A stretch of DNA of 62,354 bases, the filler included, from Deltaproteobacteria bacterium (lineage in GTDB: Bacteria; JAEEML01), in the NCBI GenBank assembly GCA_016283195.1. It is 5 parts of 5 records of this genome, joined end to end, with 100 filler letters (N's around TTAATTAATTAA, not from the genome) between each part and the next. Parts side by side here need not be neighbours in the genome. Positions count along the whole stretch, not along the records: positions 23,795 to 41,366 come from JAEEML010000026.1; positions 41,467 to 54,671 come from JAEEML010000169.1; 3 more parts are not named here. One strand, given 5' to 3'. The first letter of the stretch is position 1. The number at the start of each line of letters is the position of its first letter. A model generated the notes under the pieces. The model worked only from the letters and a program-made list of their open reading frames with translations. It was not told the DNA's origin and did no database searches. The position numbers and the translations under genes were made by a program. This document shows, piece after piece, positions 37,334 to 46,303 of the stretch.

Positions 37334-38128
37334 ATGTTTAGTTATATAGACCCCAAAATACGCCAGGAGCTCATCGCCAAAAACAAGCTCATCTTTTTAG
37401 ATAAAAGCGGCACGCCGGTGGCCCAGGAAAAGGCCGATTTTTCGCTACTTGGGCCGGTGCCTCTGCCGGTAAACGCCCACGGCCAGGAGCTCAAATTTCT
37501 CTGGTGGACCTTTGTGCCCAAACTCGAGCTCTCAGAAGTACAAGCAGCCGCCAGCCGCGCCCAAAACGGCGGGGCTGAAGCATTAAGGCAACTGTTACAA
37601 AGTTCCATGACAGTAAATTCCGTTTTAATTACCCAAGATTACGAAAGTTTAGCTTCGCCTTTGGTGCGCGTACACTCCTGCTGTGTCACCGGCGATGTCT
37701 TTGGTTCCAAGCGCTGCGAGTGCGGGCCGCAGCTTAGCGATGCCCTGGTGCAGATTGCCGCTACCGGCGGGGCTTTGGTTTATATGTCCGGCCATGAGGG
37801 GCGGGGCATCGGCCTCTGGGCCAAAGCCATCACTTATATGTTGCAAGACGACGGCCAGGATACTTACCAGGCCAACCGCTCGCTGGGCCTGCCCGAAGAT
37901 TCGCGCGACTTTCACGCCGCCGGGGCCGTTTTGCGCTATTTTTTTAAAGGCAAGCCAATCCGCCTTTTGAGCAATAATCCCTTAAAAAAAGCACAGTTGG
38001 AAGAAGCAGGCCAACCGGTTGAGGCCATGGTGCAGCTCTTTACCGGCCTTACGCCCTATAACCGGCGCTATATGGAAAGTAAGCGGGAAAATGGGCATTT
38101 ATTGCCGAAGATAGATGAAAATCCTTAA
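37334..38128 (+). CDS. ribA: GTP cyclohydrolase II (RibA-like) with ~100-aa N-terminal extension
   Basis: LVRVHSCCVTGDVFGSKRCECGPQL, EGRGIGL, DSRDF, LLSNNPLK. RBS GGAGG. Confidence 0.85.
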   Translation: MFSYIDPKIRQELIAKNKLIFLDKSGTPVAQEKADFSLLGPVPLPVNAHGQELKFLWWTFVPKLELSEVQAAASRAQNGGAEALRQLLQSSMTVNSVLITQDYESLASPLVRVHSCCVTGDVFGSKRCECGPQLSDALVQIAATGGALVYMSGHEGRGIGLWAKAITYMLQDDGQDTYQANRSLGLPEDSRDFHAAGAVLRYFFKGKPIRLLSNNPLKKAQLEEAGQPVEAMVQLFTGLTPYNRRYMESKRENGHLLPKIDENP

Positions 38129-38151
38129 CTAAATGGCAGCTGGCCGGCCGC

Positions 38152-39312
38152 TCAGCCGCGCCGCTCTTCGATTTTAGCGATGAGCTCCTCGAGCTCAATA
38201 CGGTTTTCGTGGCGAATTACATAGAGGAAGTTGCCCATAGCGGCGCTAAAAATTGGCGGAATTTCGCAGGAATAGACCAGAGAATCCTTAATAATGGGCA
38301 TGATTTCATCATAAGAATAGCGGTAATTAAAGTGGTAGCGCCGCGCCACATGAGCCACATAATATTTGCGCTCAAGGTGCGGCTCCACACTCCGACCCAT
38401 CATAATCTCCGCCCACATGGCAAAAAGATTAATATCGGCCGAATAATTCATCATATCAATAATATAGCCACCCGGTGGGCGGATATTTATCTCTAAAATC
38501 TGGTACTTTTCCGGGGCCAGTTTAAAAAACTCAATGTGGAAAAAGCGCTCTTTTAAATTAAAAGCGGCGACAACTTTGCGCCCCATCTCTTCCAATTTGG
38601 GATTGATATCGCGCACCGAGTAAAAATGGATGGGCAGATTCTCGGTGACTATCTCCATCACGCCGGCATTGTATTCATGCGATGTTTTGAAAACTATTTC
38701 GCCCGTGCTATCAGTCAGGCCGTCGAAGGTGACAATCTGCCCATTTACAAAGGGCTCCATCACATAATTACTTAGGCCATAGCGGGCTACTTCATCGAGC
38801 TGACTGCGGCTTACAATTTTATAAGTGGCCTGGGCCCCAACACCGATATCCGGCTTTAAGACGATGGGCAGGCCGAACTCTTCCAGATGGCTCTCCACAT
38901 CTTCTTGGGAATTAACCAGATAACCCGGGCTACAGGGGATTTTGTGCTTTTGAAAGACCTTTTTCATGCCCATCTTGCTGCGCGAAATGGCTTGATCTTC
39001 CACTGTTGGGCCGGGAATATTAAACATGCGCCTAAGCTCGGCTTCAATACCCAGCCAGTGCTCGGTGAGCGACTCGATATGTTTTATACGTCCACAGCGG
39101 TGGATAAAATAGCCGGTAGCCCGCACCATGGCATCTAAATTCAGCATATTGGTCACCTGGAAATAGTCGCTGATATTCTCCTTAACTTCCTGGCGCAGCT
39201 CATCATAAGAGGAATCACCAATAGCGAGAACATTGGCCCCGGCCTCTTTCAAGGCTTTACAAAACCCCACCCAGTTGGGGGGAAAATTAGGGGAAAGAAA
39301 GATAATATTCAT
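38152..39312 (-). CDS. ATP-grasp domain protein, paralog 2
   Basis: MNIIFLSPNFP, VLKPDIGVGA, FFHIEFF, LEINIRPPGG. Confidence 0.88.
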   Translation of the reverse strand: MNIIFLSPNFPPNWVGFCKALKEAGANVLAIGDSSYDELRQEVKENISDYFQVTNMLNLDAMVRATGYFIHRCGRIKHIESLTEHWLGIEAELRRMFNIPGPTVEDQAISRSKMGMKKVFQKHKIPCSPGYLVNSQEDVESHLEEFGLPIVLKPDIGVGAQATYKIVSRSQLDEVARYGLSNYVMEPFVNGQIVTFDGLTDSTGEIVFKTSHEYNAGVMEIVTENLPIHFYSVRDINPKLEEMGRKVVAAFNLKERFFHIEFFKLAPEKYQILEINIRPPGGYIIDMMNYSADINLFAMWAEIMMGRSVEPHLERKYYVAHVARRYHFNYRYSYDEIMPIIKDSLVYSCEIPPIFSAAMGNFLYVIRHENRIELEELIAKIEERRG

Positions 39313-39332
39313 CCTAAAACCTCACTTAAAGA

Positions 39333-40490
39333 TTAGTCCCAGCACTCTTCGATTTTGGCAATAGCCTCTTTTAAAACCGGAAGTTCCGGGTGGCGAATCA
39401 TATAGACAAAATCGCCCATGGCACCGGAAAGAGCCACCGGCACTTCCATAGCGGTGATACACATATCGCCCAGCATGGCAATTATCTCTTCGTGAGAATA
39501 GCGATAATTAAAGCCGTAGCGGCGCGAGGCGTGGGCCACATGGTAGCGACGCTCATATTCTATCTTATTGACATTATTAACTAATAAGTCGGCCCAGATT
39601 TGATAAACATTGAAATCGCAGGCCCAGTTCATCATGTCGGTGGTAAAGCCGCCGGGAGTACGGATATTAACCTCGAGACCAAAATACTGGCCTTTATTTT
39701 CAAAAAATTCCAGGTGGAAGAAGCGCTCTTTAATGCCAAAAGCCTTAACTGTAGCAAAACCCACTTTTTTGAGCGCTTCGGGAATCTCCCGCGAAGAATA
39801 ATAGTGCATGGAGGTGTGGCCGGTAACCACTTCCATAATGCCGTTATTAAAATTGTGGCTGGTGTAAAACATAATATTGCCTTCGCGATCAGTGAGGCCG
39901 TCAAAGCTCACCAAATTGCCGAAAAGGCAGCTTTCCACCATGTAACCATCGGGAATAAGTGGCATAATTTCCGCTAGTTCCTCTTCGTTGTTCACTTTGT
40001 AAGTGGCCGCAGCCCCTACCCCCAAATCGGGCTTTAAAATAACGGGATAGCCGTTTTTCTTTATAAAAGCTCTAAGCCCCTCTTCCGATTCAATCATCTC
40101 CCCGGCGGCACAGGGAATATTATTGGCCTGGTAAACCCGTTTCATGCCCATTTTGTGGCGGTTAATGGCCACATCGGCCGGCTTTTGGCCAAAAATATTG
40201 AAATCCTGGCGGATTTCCGCCTCTTCGCCCATCCAGAATTCATTGTTGGAATCGATGCGGTCGATATGGCCGTGGCGGTAGGTGAGGTAACCGATAGCCC
40301 GCATAAGGGCATCATAATCCACCATATTAGGCTCATAATAATACTCGGTGAGAGCCTCTTTGAGCTCCGGGCGCAGCGAATCATAAGGCGCATCGCCCAC
40401 AGCCAGCACATTGGCGCCGGCCCGTTTTAAAGCGGTGCAAAACTGATAATAATTAGGGGGAAAACTGGGCGACAAAAAAACAACGTTCAT
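39333..40490 (-). CDS. ATP-grasp domain protein, paralog 1
   Basis: MNVVFLSPSFP, ILKPDLGVGA, FFHLEFF, LEVNIRTPGG. RBS GAGGAGG. Confidence 0.88.
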   Translation of the reverse strand: MNVVFLSPSFPPNYYQFCTALKRAGANVLAVGDAPYDSLRPELKEALTEYYYEPNMVDYDALMRAIGYLTYRHGHIDRIDSNNEFWMGEEAEIRQDFNIFGQKPADVAINRHKMGMKRVYQANNIPCAAGEMIESEEGLRAFIKKNGYPVILKPDLGVGAAATYKVNNEEELAEIMPLIPDGYMVESCLFGNLVSFDGLTDREGNIMFYTSHNFNNGIMEVVTGHTSMHYYSSREIPEALKKVGFATVKAFGIKERFFHLEFFENKGQYFGLEVNIRTPGGFTTDMMNWACDFNVYQIWADLLVNNVNKIEYERRYHVAHASRRYGFNYRYSHEEIIAMLGDMCITAMEVPVALSGAMGDFVYMIRHPELPVLKEAIAKIEECWD

Positions 40491-40618
40491 CAAAGGACCT
40501 CCTCGGCCTGGGCAAAAAATCCGGGGGGTATTTTAGGCAATAATAGGGCGTATTTCAAGTGATATTGTGGCTTTTGCGCCCATTTTTACAGCTCATGCCG
40601 CTATTCGATAAAAGTGCT

Positions 40619-41050
40619 CTAGCCACCCGCAGCTTTACTTCTTCCCGCACAGGAATCATTTATGCTCTTTTCCAGCGGTTTAGGGGCTTCTTCGCAAATA
40701 GCCACGGTATAAACATACTCAACGGGTACACCACAGTGGTCGCGCTCCCAAGTTAATTCAAAAGCGGCAAGTTCCTTATCTCCTCTTTTTATCACCGCAT
40801 TATAGGTTCCTTCACTGATGTTGCTGTTATTAAAGAGCCTTAGTTCTCCGGTGTGTTCGTTTCTCTTTATGGTGCTGGTAAATGGCTGGCTGTAAACGAT
40901 TAGCTCATCCTCTTGGTCACCTAGCTTATTGCCATCACAATCAACGAGATTAACTATGGCTACTCCGCTGATACAAGTAGCGTACCCACCGCAGCAGGAA
41001 GATAAGAGGAGAGCAATAATACTAAGTAATAATTTTCTATTATTATTCAT
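40619..41050 (-). CDS. Hypothetical lipoprotein
   Basis: Lipobox LLSSC. 143 aa. Confidence 0.65.
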   Translation of the reverse strand: MNNNRKLLLSIIALLLSSCCGGYATCISGVAIVNLVDCDGNKLGDQEDELIVYSQPFTSTIKRNEHTGELRLFNNSNISEGTYNAVIKRGDKELAAFELTWERDHCGVPVEYVYTVAICEEAPKPLEKSINDSCAGRSKAAGG

Positions 41051-41366
41051 TGATAGTATCCAACCGAGTTCGCAAATTCCCCACCCCAGTATTAATGAAA
41101 CTCCGAACTATGTTTAAGCCTGCTGCTTAAGATTAGCAGAACAGCCTTAGGTAACTTTTTACCTACTAACGAGGTTAGAGGCAAATACTATTTTGCGCTG
41201 CTAACTTATGTTTCCTGCTAAATCGATTCTCATAACTCAGCAATTCCTGCCATTGCAACCGATTCTTTTTGAGATATTTTTTCTCACCCCCACTTGACAG
41301 CGCTTCTTTCGGCCTTACGTTACAGTTTGCCGCCGGGAAACTGGCAGGCAAAATGCAGAAATACCC

Positions 41367-41466
41367 NNNNNNNNNNNNNNNNNNNNNNNNNNNNNNNNNN
41401 NNNNNNNNNNTTAATTAATTAANNNNNNNNNNNNNNNNNNNNNNNNNNNNNNNNNNNNNNNNNNNN
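41367..41466. other. Artificial contig spacer
   Basis: N-run, TTAATTAATTAA, N-run. Confidence 0.99.
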
Positions 41467-41467
41467 C

Positions 41468-41842
41468 ACAGATAACTTTATTAGCCATTTCGGCATGTTC
41501 GGCCGCTATGGCGTAAGGCACGCTGTTGATAGGGAGACGCGGCGAGAGTTCTTCACCATCAACACTTATGGCCAGTTCCAGCCTGGTGGCCCCAGCTACT
41601 AAAGCAGCGTCAACATTGGGGATAACCAAAGTATAAAGGCCGGATTCAATTTCCATCTGTTCTTCGTTTTCGGCTATGACAGTGTCACGTTCGTTATAAA
41701 TAGCTGCGTGGATGGTATGCTGGCCATTTACTAATTCGCCATCTTCTTTAAGCACTCCATGGTGGGTAAAAGAGAGCGGTACTGCCCCATAAGCTGAGCT
41801 ACTTAAAAGTAGGGCCAGAGCGGTAATAATGAAGCTGCGCAT
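41468..41842 (-). CDS. Secreted fibre-protein N-terminal domain (MAT/tail-fibre-like), 3' truncated
   Basis: RBS AAGGAGG, signal peptide, then VPLSFTHHGVL...GLYTL...ELSPRLPINSVPYA. Confidence 0.75.
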
Positions 41843-42110
41843 ATCATACCTCCTTAGGCAAAATGGCTTGGTTAGGCGCAACTAAGGCAGTCTAACAAAA
41901 AATAGTCTATGTCTTTTCTTTTTTGAGTCAATTAAAAAGATAATTTTTTGAAAATATAGGGAAATTGCCGATTTGATTTTGTTGACACTTTGCCAACGGC
42001 CATTGACTAGGCAAAAAATAACTAAGCGATTTACAAGTGCTCTCCTTTGGAGTAGATTTCCCCCCGCCAAAAAGCCGCCATAAAGGCAAGGGCGGCGCTA
42101 GTGGAGCTAA

Positions 42111-43901
42111 GTGATGATTATTGATGGCAAAAAGTTGGAAAGAAGCTGTTACTGCGGCGATTTAAGAGGTAGTGACGTTGGTAAAAAGGTGGTTTTAACC
42201 GGCTGGGTGCACCATAAGCGCGATTTACCGAGCTGTATTTTTATAGTTCTCCGCGATAGAAGCGGGGTGGTGCAGCTGGTTATTGACCCGAATGTGAGCA
42301 AAGAAGCTTATGAGCTGGCCCAAAATGTGCGCAACGAATTTTGCCTCTGCGCCGAGGGCGAAGTTATCTCCCGCGGGGAGAATATCAATAAAGACCAGGC
42401 AACCGGTGAAATTGAGATTAAAGTTACTACTTTGCATATTGTCTCCAGTTGCCCGGTTTTGCCCTTTAATTTGAAAGATGCCGCCGATGCCAAAGAAGAG
42501 ACGCGCCTCAAATACCGCTATCTCGATTTGCGCCGCCCGGAACTGGCGGAAAAATTCCTCTTCCGCCACAAATTTAACCAGGTGGTGCGCCGCCACATGA
42601 GCGAAAACGGCTTTGCCGAGCTGGAGACGCCATACCTCATCAACAGCACGCCGGAAGGGGCGCGTGATTTTGTGGTGCCGAGCCGCAAATATGCCGGCCA
42701 CTTCTTTGCCCTCCCGCAATCGCCGCAGCTCTTTAAGCAGCTCTTTATGATTGCCGGCTTTGACCGCTATTTCCAAATTGTGCGCTGCTTCCGCGACGAA
42801 GATCTCAGGGCTGACCGCCAGCCGGAATTTACCCAGATTGATATGGAGATGTCCTTTATCGACGAAGATGAGATCATGGGCTTTGTGGAGACCCTCATCG
42901 CCAAAATTTGGGAACTCATCGGCGTAAAAGTGACTCTCCCCATTAAGCACATGACTTATGCCGAAAGTATGGATAGATTTGGCGTGGATGCGCCCGATTT
43001 GCGCTATGGCCTCGAGCTCAAAAACTTAAATGATGTGCTGGCCGGCACATCCTTTGGGGTTTTCCAAAATGTTTTGGCCGAAAAGGGTTTAATTAAGGCT
43101 ATTTGCGTGCCAAATTGCAGCTTCTCGCGCAAAGAGATAGATGGCCTCGCCGCGGTAGTTGAGCCTTATGGAGCCAAAGGGGTGATGAGCGCCAAAGTGG
43201 GGGCCGGTAATACCATCAGCGGTAGCCTGGCCAAGCAGTTATCAGCTGAGGAACAGGCCGCGCTCTGTGCCCGTATGGAGGCCAAAGAGGGCGATCTCAT
43301 TCTCATTATTGCCGCCAGTGCCAAGGTGACCACCGCCTCTCTTGGCGCACTCCGCAAGCACCTGGCCAATAAATTGGGCCTTCTAGACAAAAACCGCTAT
43401 GAATTTGTCTGGATAACCGATTTTCCGCTGCTCGAGTGGGATGACGAAGAGGGGCGCTATGTGGCCGCCCACCACCCCTTTACTTCGCCTAAGCTCGATC
43501 AGCTGCACCTTTTGGAGACCGACCCAGGCAAAGTCTTGGCCAGAGCTTATGATATTGTGTGCAACGGCTATGAAATCGGCGGCGGCTCTATTCGTATCAA
43601 CGACCCGGAAGTGCAGCGCCTCATGTTTAAGACTTTGGGCATTACCCCTGAAGCGGTGAAGCGCAAATTCGGCTACTTTGTGGAAGCTCTTAATTACGGT
43701 GCGCCTATCCACGGTGGCCTGGCACTTGGCGCCGACCGCGTGGTGATGCTACTCACCAAGACCGATGCCATCCGCGATGTTATTGCCTTCCCCAAGACTC
43801 AAAGAGCCACCGATTTAATGCTGGAAGCGCCAACACTTCTCGAGAGCGACCAACTGGAAGAACTGCATCTTGAAGTAGCTAAAGATAGCGCCGAAGAGTA
43901 A
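42111..43901 (+). CDS. aspS: Aspartate--tRNA ligase
   Basis: RLKYRYLDLRR, STPEGARDF, ALPQSPQLFKQ, FRDEDLRADRQPEFTQ, EIGGGSIRI, IRDVIAFPKT. Confidence 0.98.
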   Translation: MMIIDGKKLERSCYCGDLRGSDVGKKVVLTGWVHHKRDLPSCIFIVLRDRSGVVQLVIDPNVSKEAYELAQNVRNEFCLCAEGEVISRGENINKDQATGEIEIKVTTLHIVSSCPVLPFNLKDAADAKEETRLKYRYLDLRRPELAEKFLFRHKFNQVVRRHMSENGFAELETPYLINSTPEGARDFVVPSRKYAGHFFALPQSPQLFKQLFMIAGFDRYFQIVRCFRDEDLRADRQPEFTQIDMEMSFIDEDEIMGFVETLIAKIWELIGVKVTLPIKHMTYAESMDRFGVDAPDLRYGLELKNLNDVLAGTSFGVFQNVLAEKGLIKAICVPNCSFSRKEIDGLAAVVEPYGAKGVMSAKVGAGNTISGSLAKQLSAEEQAALCARMEAKEGDLILIIAASAKVTTASLGALRKHLANKLGLLDKNRYEFVWITDFPLLEWDDEEGRYVAAHHPFTSPKLDQLHLLETDPGKVLARAYDIVCNGYEIGGGSIRINDPEVQRLMFKTLGITPEAVKRKFGYFVEALNYGAPIHGGLALGADRVVMLLTKTDAIRDVIAFPKTQRATDLMLEAPTLLESDQLEELHLEVAKDSAEE

Positions 43902-43931
43902 GCACGCCGTTTTTCTTTGCCCCTTACCCCA

Positions 43932-43992
43932 TTAATAAGCTCGCTGTAATCAATTTTTGTGGCTAGCCACAAATTTCGTCTGTAGGAATAGC
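43932..43992. repeat. Direct repeat copy 1 (61 bp) with perfect 18-bp palindrome TTTGTGGCTAGCCACAAA
   Basis: 52/61 identical to 45264-45324 (42/45 over the last 45 bp). Palindrome at 43956-43973. Confidence 0.9.
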
Positions 43993-44014
43993 TAATGCAT
44001 TAAATTTAAACAAT

Positions 44015-45274
44015 TTATTTTGCTGTTAGACTGTCCGGTTTTAGCAAAAAATCAAACAGGCCAAGCATAAGGTAGCCATTATCATCGTAGTATGGTGCTA
44101 TATCGTCTTTTACAATGATAATCCGTTTAAAAGAATCATTTATTTGTCTAAAAGAGGCTGTTTCCTGGGCCCGTTTTTCTTCATTACCAATGGTTAAAGC
44201 GGCCTGAATATAGTAGCGCGCATCACTATCATTTACCACAAAATCCACTTCCAAATTACGGCGCATAGAGGTGCCGTTTTTGTCTTTACCCCAGGCTTCG
44301 ACTAAACCGACATCAACGGAGCATCCGCGGCGACGCAGCTCATTATAGATAATATTTTCCATGAGATGCGTTTCTTCCAGTTGGCGAAAATTGAGAATTA
44401 CATTGCGCAGTCCCGGATCCAAAAAATAGTATTTTGTTTCGGTGCCGATATATTTTCGCCCTTTTACATCATACCTAAGCGCTTCTTCCAGCAAAAAGGC
44501 ATCTTTTAAATGGGCCAGGTAATCGCATATTGTATTGCGGCCAATAGACAAGTTTTCCCTGGAAAGAAAAGTATTACTTATGCGCCCCGGGTTGGTGGAA
44601 GAGCCGATTCCAGAGGCCAGAATTTGAATCAGCTGTCTAAGCCCAGCTTCGCTACGTAAATGATTTCTTTCAATAATATCGCGCAAATAGGTGAGCTCAT
44701 ACAAATTATGTAAATACTCTTTTTTCTTCTTTTCGTTATTAAAAAGCAGCACTTGCGGCAAGCCGCCGAAGGTATAGTAATCCTTCCAGGCGCTTTGCTT
44801 ATCCCCTCCAAGAGCGGCATAATATTCGGCAAAAGAGAGCGGCCAAACTCTTATTTCCTCACCGCGGCCGCGGAATTCTGTCACCACATCGCTGGAAAGA
44901 AAGCGCGAATTACTGCCGGAAACATAGACCTCAAGCTGGCGGCTATGAGTTAGCGAAAGAAGAACTTCCACAAAATTATCAACAAGTTGTACTTCATCTA
45001 AAATGATGTAATGTGTTTTTCCATCGTTTTGCAAATGGGCATCTATATAATCCAGGAGCAAATCGGGGTTGCGCAGTTTCATGCTGCGGCGGTCATCAAA
45101 AGAAAGCTCAATAATATGAGCAGGATCGGTGATGTTTTTCACCAAGTGGTCGTGAAAGATATTGAAGAGCAAAAAGGATTTGCCAGAGCGGCGCCCACCG
45201 GTGACAATTTTTACCAGGCCATTGCCCAGCCCGGCCAGCAATTCGTTTAGATATTCATCACGTTTAATAAGCAT
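44015..45274 (-). CDS. AAA_14 ATPase with DUF4143 C-terminal domain
   Basis: Walker A TGGRRSGKS, Walker B ILDEVQ, KYYFLDPGLRN, EVDFVV. Confidence 0.92.
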   Translation of the reverse strand: MLIKRDEYLNELLAGLGNGLVKIVTGGRRSGKSFLLFNIFHDHLVKNITDPAHIIELSFDDRRSMKLRNPDLLLDYIDAHLQNDGKTHYIILDEVQLVDNFVEVLLSLTHSRQLEVYVSGSNSRFLSSDVVTEFRGRGEEIRVWPLSFAEYYAALGGDKQSAWKDYYTFGGLPQVLLFNNEKKKKEYLHNLYELTYLRDIIERNHLRSEAGLRQLIQILASGIGSSTNPGRISNTFLSRENLSIGRNTICDYLAHLKDAFLLEEALRYDVKGRKYIGTETKYYFLDPGLRNVILNFRQLEETHLMENIIYNELRRRGCSVDVGLVEAWGKDKNGTSMRRNLEVDFVVNDSDARYYIQAALTIGNEEKRAQETASFRQINDSFKRIIIVKDDIAPYYDDNGYLMLGLFDFLLKPDSLTAK

Positions 45275-45324
45275 CTTACAATCAATTTCTGTGGCTAGCC
45301 ACAAATTTAGTCTGTAGAAATAGC
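45264..45324. repeat. Direct repeat copy 2, overlapping the promoter and start of the AAA gene
   Basis: Contains palindrome TGTGGCTAGCCACA at 45290-45303. Minus-strand TTGACA-N17-TATTTC at 45345-45317. Confidence 0.9.
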
Positions 45325-45433
45325 GATGTATTGGAATTTTGTCAAGAGTTTTAGTAAGTTATCATGAAACTGGCCCAAAAGTTCTGCCGCTCTTTGGAGA
45401 AATTTAGAAAATAGAGCCAGGGTGTAAGGGCGG

Positions 45434-46105
45434 CTAGTCCTTAACGCAGCGGACGGAAAAGGCCATTTTTTTGCCAAATTCCAGTGTTACTGGAATGCCA
45501 TAATCAATATGCATTAAATAAGCTTTTTGCTTATCAGCGGTGCTCTCTGTTGCCGACCAGAAAAAGGCTCCTTCACCGAAGTTATAGTGCGTGCCATGCT
45601 CAGCCCGCCAACCGGCAGGAAGAGCCGCAAAACCATAAGCATCTATGCCGCCCCAACTTTGAGCGCGTAAGTTTTGGGCACTTGATTCTTGCGGCCCGCC
45701 GGCATGTTTTATAAGAGCATCAAATTCTTCTTTAGTGGGTAAATGCCAACCTTTGGGGCAGGCTTTCACCGCATCCTGCCAGGTATAAAGACAGCCATAG
45801 TTTTTCATAAAACTTATATCTTGTTCCGTATGGGCATTGGCTGTGCGGAGCTGGCATTTGATTCTTTTGCCATCGCGGCCGATATAGGCATCCATGTTTT
45901 TGGCCATCCATGTTTGGCCATCTATAACCACAGTGTCGATGTCGCAATTGCGGCCGATTTTGCCATTTTGGCACTCGGTACAAGTTTCGCCGGTCATAAG
46001 TGAATTTTTACATTCACCGGTGGCTTTTACGCGCAGCTGTTGCCCGCCACAGGCCGCCAAGGTAACCACTGAAAAAATAAAACATATTTTGGTAAATTTG
46101 CTCAT
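45434..46105 (-). CDS. FISUMP (Fib_succ_major) domain lipoprotein
   Basis: Lipobox LAAC, IDGQTWMAKNM, CPKGWHLPT, GFAALPAG, FSVRCVKD. Confidence 0.9.
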   Translation of the reverse strand: MSKFTKICFIFSVVTLAACGGQQLRVKATGECKNSLMTGETCTECQNGKIGRNCDIDTVVIDGQTWMAKNMDAYIGRDGKRIKCQLRTANAHTEQDISFMKNYGCLYTWQDAVKACPKGWHLPTKEEFDALIKHAGGPQESSAQNLRAQSWGGIDAYGFAALPAGWRAEHGTHYNFGEGAFFWSATESTADKQKAYLMHIDYGIPVTLEFGKKMAFSVRCVKD

Positions 46106-46303
46106 GATACTTCCTTTTGGTTAGTAGCTGAAGCGAACATGATCTCTATACCCCTAAAGGCTAATAACAACAAAGAGAATGATAGCATGACTTACTGGGG
46201 CCGGGCAAGCGGAAAGTGTGGGGCTGCGCTCTTGTTCTGCCTTGCCCAATATGCTAAAATGCCTAAATCCTTAGCGCTCCCGGGCGCATATTGAAAGGCA
46301 AAA

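Noticed and set aside
42111-43901. Non-discriminating AspRS
   Set aside because: The anticodon-domain motif reads KRDL (Leu, as in discriminating enzymes) rather than RDH. Nothing unusual alongside glnS.
45434-45620. C-terminus of the small FISUMP gene as DGR template or second VR
   Set aside because: It shares only TCCGTCCGCTGCGT with the 22685 gene end. It is not AAY-rich, the differences are not adenine-specific, and there is no downstream hairpin.
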